Source: Tubulanus polymorphus (Eukaryota > Animalia > Nemertea). Taken from it: a stretch of DNA of 64,000 bases. Positions within the stretch are counted from its first letter, which is position 1, and each line of letters starts with the position of its first letter. The position numbers were made by a program, and so were the translations under genes. Where the stretch lies: positions 3,782,001 to 3,846,000 of the forward strand of contig NC_134036.1 of the NCBI RefSeq assembly GCF_964204645.1, written 5' to 3'. This document shows, piece by piece, positions 63,101 to 64,000 of the stretch. A model generated the notes under the pieces. It was not told where the DNA came from, did not search any database, and saw only the letters and a program-made list of their open reading frames with translations.

Positions 63101-63817
63101 GTTATTGGATAAGTCATCGACATACCGGGCAATGATTATCCCAACTATAAGATGGCAAATTGAAATACTCACTGATTGGTTTCGTTGCCGAGTCCGAGTC
63201 GTCCGTCTGCCCCGATGCCCCAGGCGTGCACCTCTCCCTCGCTGCCGATAGTGACCACATGCTGCGGCCCGCACGCCACCGCTATCACATCAACGCTGAA
63301 ATGATAATTACCGAAAAAGTTTTACGCAACGTTTTTCCAGATGCATCTACACTGCGATGCGGCGTATAAATCGGCGATGGACTTAGCTAGTACGCCGCAT
63401 CGAGGTGTATTGACGTTATATTACTAATTAGATTTTCATATTTGGTAAAAGATGGCAGCGTCTGTCGAACATGGTAAAATGTTAGTAACTAACGATACAC
63501 GATACACCGCACCGCGGTGTAGACGCACTATAGCGTTATGTCCATCATGCATAAGACTGGGGTGGAATTTTTCAAAGTTTTCAATCATCCCCAGCACTTT
63601 ATGGTATTACTTAATTAGCAATGATAGGGTCAATGATATTCCGAATACTTAAACGACGTGGTTTCGTCAGTTTTACCTGAGTAGACACTCGATCAAACGC
63701 GGTCGAGATATCGGGGCGTAGTCGCCGTGTCCGAGACAACCGTTCAGACCGTCGCCGCACGTCATCACGATGCCGTTATCGCTGCTGAACACGCTGAAAC
63801 CGTCTCCGCAACACGCC
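54000..63817 (-). CDS. NEK8: NEK8/NEK9-family (NIMA-related, RCC1-repeat) kinase gene, 3' 14 exons (~762 aa); kinase domain presumed upstream of the window
   Basis: RCC1 repeats with NEK8/9-type motifs ([65 protein letters not shown]). All junctions are GT-AG and phase-consistent. Orthology (NEK8, NEK9 or a third paralogue) is uncertain. Confidence 0.8.
54245..54790. repeat. 60-bp minisatellite (~9 units)
   Basis: Same unit as 8205-8510; fills the last NEK intron. Confidence 0.92.
54823..55047 (-). CDS. NEK8: NEK8/9-like exon (coiled coil)
   Basis: SELERLKAEKMNIETRLRQMEEEHDRQKEQLRRE..LVLELQ; phase 0-0. Confidence 0.88.
55380..55538. mobile_element. Harbinger-like MITE
   Basis: Imperfect TIRs GGCCTGGTTTCATAGA / TCTATAAAACCCAGCC, CAG/CAG duplication. 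Confidence 0.65.
55664..55847 (-). CDS. NEK8: NEK8/9-like exon
   Basis: tcgcag| and |gtgagt; GSVDEKMAK..SKEDMIQ; phase 2-0. Confidence 0.8.
55915..56185. repeat. 60-bp minisatellite (~4.5 units)
   Basis: Same unit as 8205-8510. Confidence 0.92.
56194..56347 (-). CDS. NEK8: NEK8/9-like exon
   Basis: ctttag| and |gtgaat; DKHKSKHRHHPGEELVCEG..TIGA; phase 1-2. Confidence 0.75.
56809..56916. mobile_element. MITE family A copy (further degenerate copies ~1445-1635, 14560-14645, 46298-46398, 53008-53126)
   Basis: GACCCAGTTCCACAGTTCCGAG..CTCACAACTCTGGAACCGGATC. Confidence 0.8.
57175..57295 (-). CDS. NEK8: NEK8/9-like exon (WIRQEL motif)
   Basis: IPTWIRQELASSEI..DSAYHSNHSKQ; phase 0-1. Confidence 0.82.
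57355..57459. mobile_element. Deleted copy of the 58943 MITE family
   Basis: Shared GGTTAAAGATAACCGG.GGATAAAT.CCATAG; CAG/CAG duplication. Confidence 0.82.
58297..58447 (-). CDS. NEK8: NEK8/9-like exon
   Basis: NRKKKSFRRRVSSS..GDEYSSETSEIDTMGT; phase 2-0. Confidence 0.85.
58943..59069. mobile_element. 127-bp palindromic Harbinger-like MITE
   Basis: TIRs GGGCCAGTTGCTCAAAAGTTGG / CCAACTTTCGAGCAACTGGCCC, CAG/CAG target duplication. Confidence 0.88.
59492..59623 (-). CDS. NEK8: NEK8/9-like exon
   Basis: ctgcag| and |gtgagt; ..VSLSNFICHGENLFVQVETTAPPPKR; phase 2-2. Confidence 0.82.
59735..59837 (-). CDS. NEK8: NEK8/9-like exon
   Basis: tcgtag| and |gtactg; SAPLRTPSVTNLDKDFSLNREDQELILFPTHILR; phase 1-2. 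Confidence 0.75.
60207..60374 (-). CDS. NEK8: NEK8/9-like exon (low-complexity linker)
   Basis: ttccag| and |gtcagt, open frame VVDQHQQQQEE..GFRPL; phase 1-1. Confidence 0.75.
60409..60803. mobile_element. Non-autonomous TIR element (older copy ~58770-59390 hosting the 58943 MITE)
   Basis: CAGGGTCCCTAC ... GTATAGAGACCC; shared CAAATTTCAAATTT and AAATTAAAG.AGTTTCAA with the 58.8-59.3 kb region. Confidence 0.55.
60895..61096 (-). CDS. NEK8: NEK8/9-like exon (last RCC1 segment plus Gly-rich linker)
   Basis: [37 protein letters not shown]; phase 0-1. Confidence 0.88.
61175..61688. repeat. 41-bp minisatellite (~12 units), same family as 30.1 kb
   Basis: Unit CAAAGACTGTTCCTGACAATCAGGGKACAGTAAACTATTTC. 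Confidence 0.95.
61730..61948 (-). CDS. NEK8: NEK8/9-like exon (RCC1 repeat)
   Basis: [34 protein letters not shown]; phase 0-0. Confidence 0.9.
62083..62190. mobile_element. ~108-bp palindromic MITE family A
   Basis: TIRs GGTCCAGTTCCACAGTT / AACTGTGGAACTGGGTC with CWG flanks. Confidence 0.85.
62507..62693 (-). CDS. NEK8: NEK8/9-like exon (RCC1 repeat)
   Basis: [37 protein letters not shown]..FNK; phase 2-0. Confidence 0.9.
63173..63295 (-). CDS. NEK8: NEK8/9-like exon (RCC1 repeat)
   Basis: [40 protein letters not shown]; phase 2-2. Confidence 0.9.
63677..63817 (-). CDS. NEK8: NEK8/9-like exon (RCC1 repeat)
   Basis: [46 protein letters not shown]; phase 2-2. Confidence 0.9.
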
Positions 63818-64000
63818 CTGAAATCAGAAGAGAAACATCCGTGACGTCGTGAAATCATCGTTCTATTTTTCCATCCTTCTCGTTTGGTTTCTTCTTCATT
63901 TACAATCATGTACTCTTGATTTATGATGAATAATGAATGAATTTTTTTAAATATCCGAAACGTCACAATAACATAACATCATAATATAATATGAATCGGT

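Noticed and set aside
54000-63817. Alternative identity as RPGR (RCC1 plus CaaX)
   Set aside because: The FNKLGL blade, TDDN motif and WxRxEL/coiled-coil tail point to NEK8/9. Not fully excludable without the upstream kinase exons.

Overview
Eukaryotic (metazoan, probably marine invertebrate) genomic DNA, not prokaryotic. I reconstructed two spliced minus-strand genes by hand, with GT-AG boundaries and consistent reading-frame phase at every junction. (1) A complete 20-exon protogenin-like receptor gene (ATG 41802 to TGA 3558, about 1257 aa: signal peptide, 4 Ig, 5 FN3, TM, low-complexity cytoplasmic tail). (2) The last 14 exons (63817 to TGA 54000) of a NEK8/NEK9-family gene; the kinase domain would lie beyond the window. 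This part encodes RCC1 repeats, a NEK9-like WxRxEL motif, a coiled coil and an unexpected C-terminal CaaX box (SKVCIIQ*). Introns and intergenic DNA are packed with minisatellite families (24, ~39, 41, 51, 57, ~59, 60, 66 and ~105 bp units, several shared by both genes), short palindromic MITEs (many with CWG/TWA 3-bp target duplications), a tRNA-derived SINE and long microsatellites. Most supplied ORFs are repeat or antisense artefacts. Best leads: a possibly prenylated NEK8/9-like kinase whose CaaX exon sits behind a (UCAU)8 cluster; let-7/miR-100/miR-9 seed sites at the protogenin 3' end; a satellite built from a truncated tRNA-like A-box/B-box unit; and an orphan triple-CRE promoter-like element at 46.5 kb. 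Protein family calls rest on recalled motifs, not database searches.
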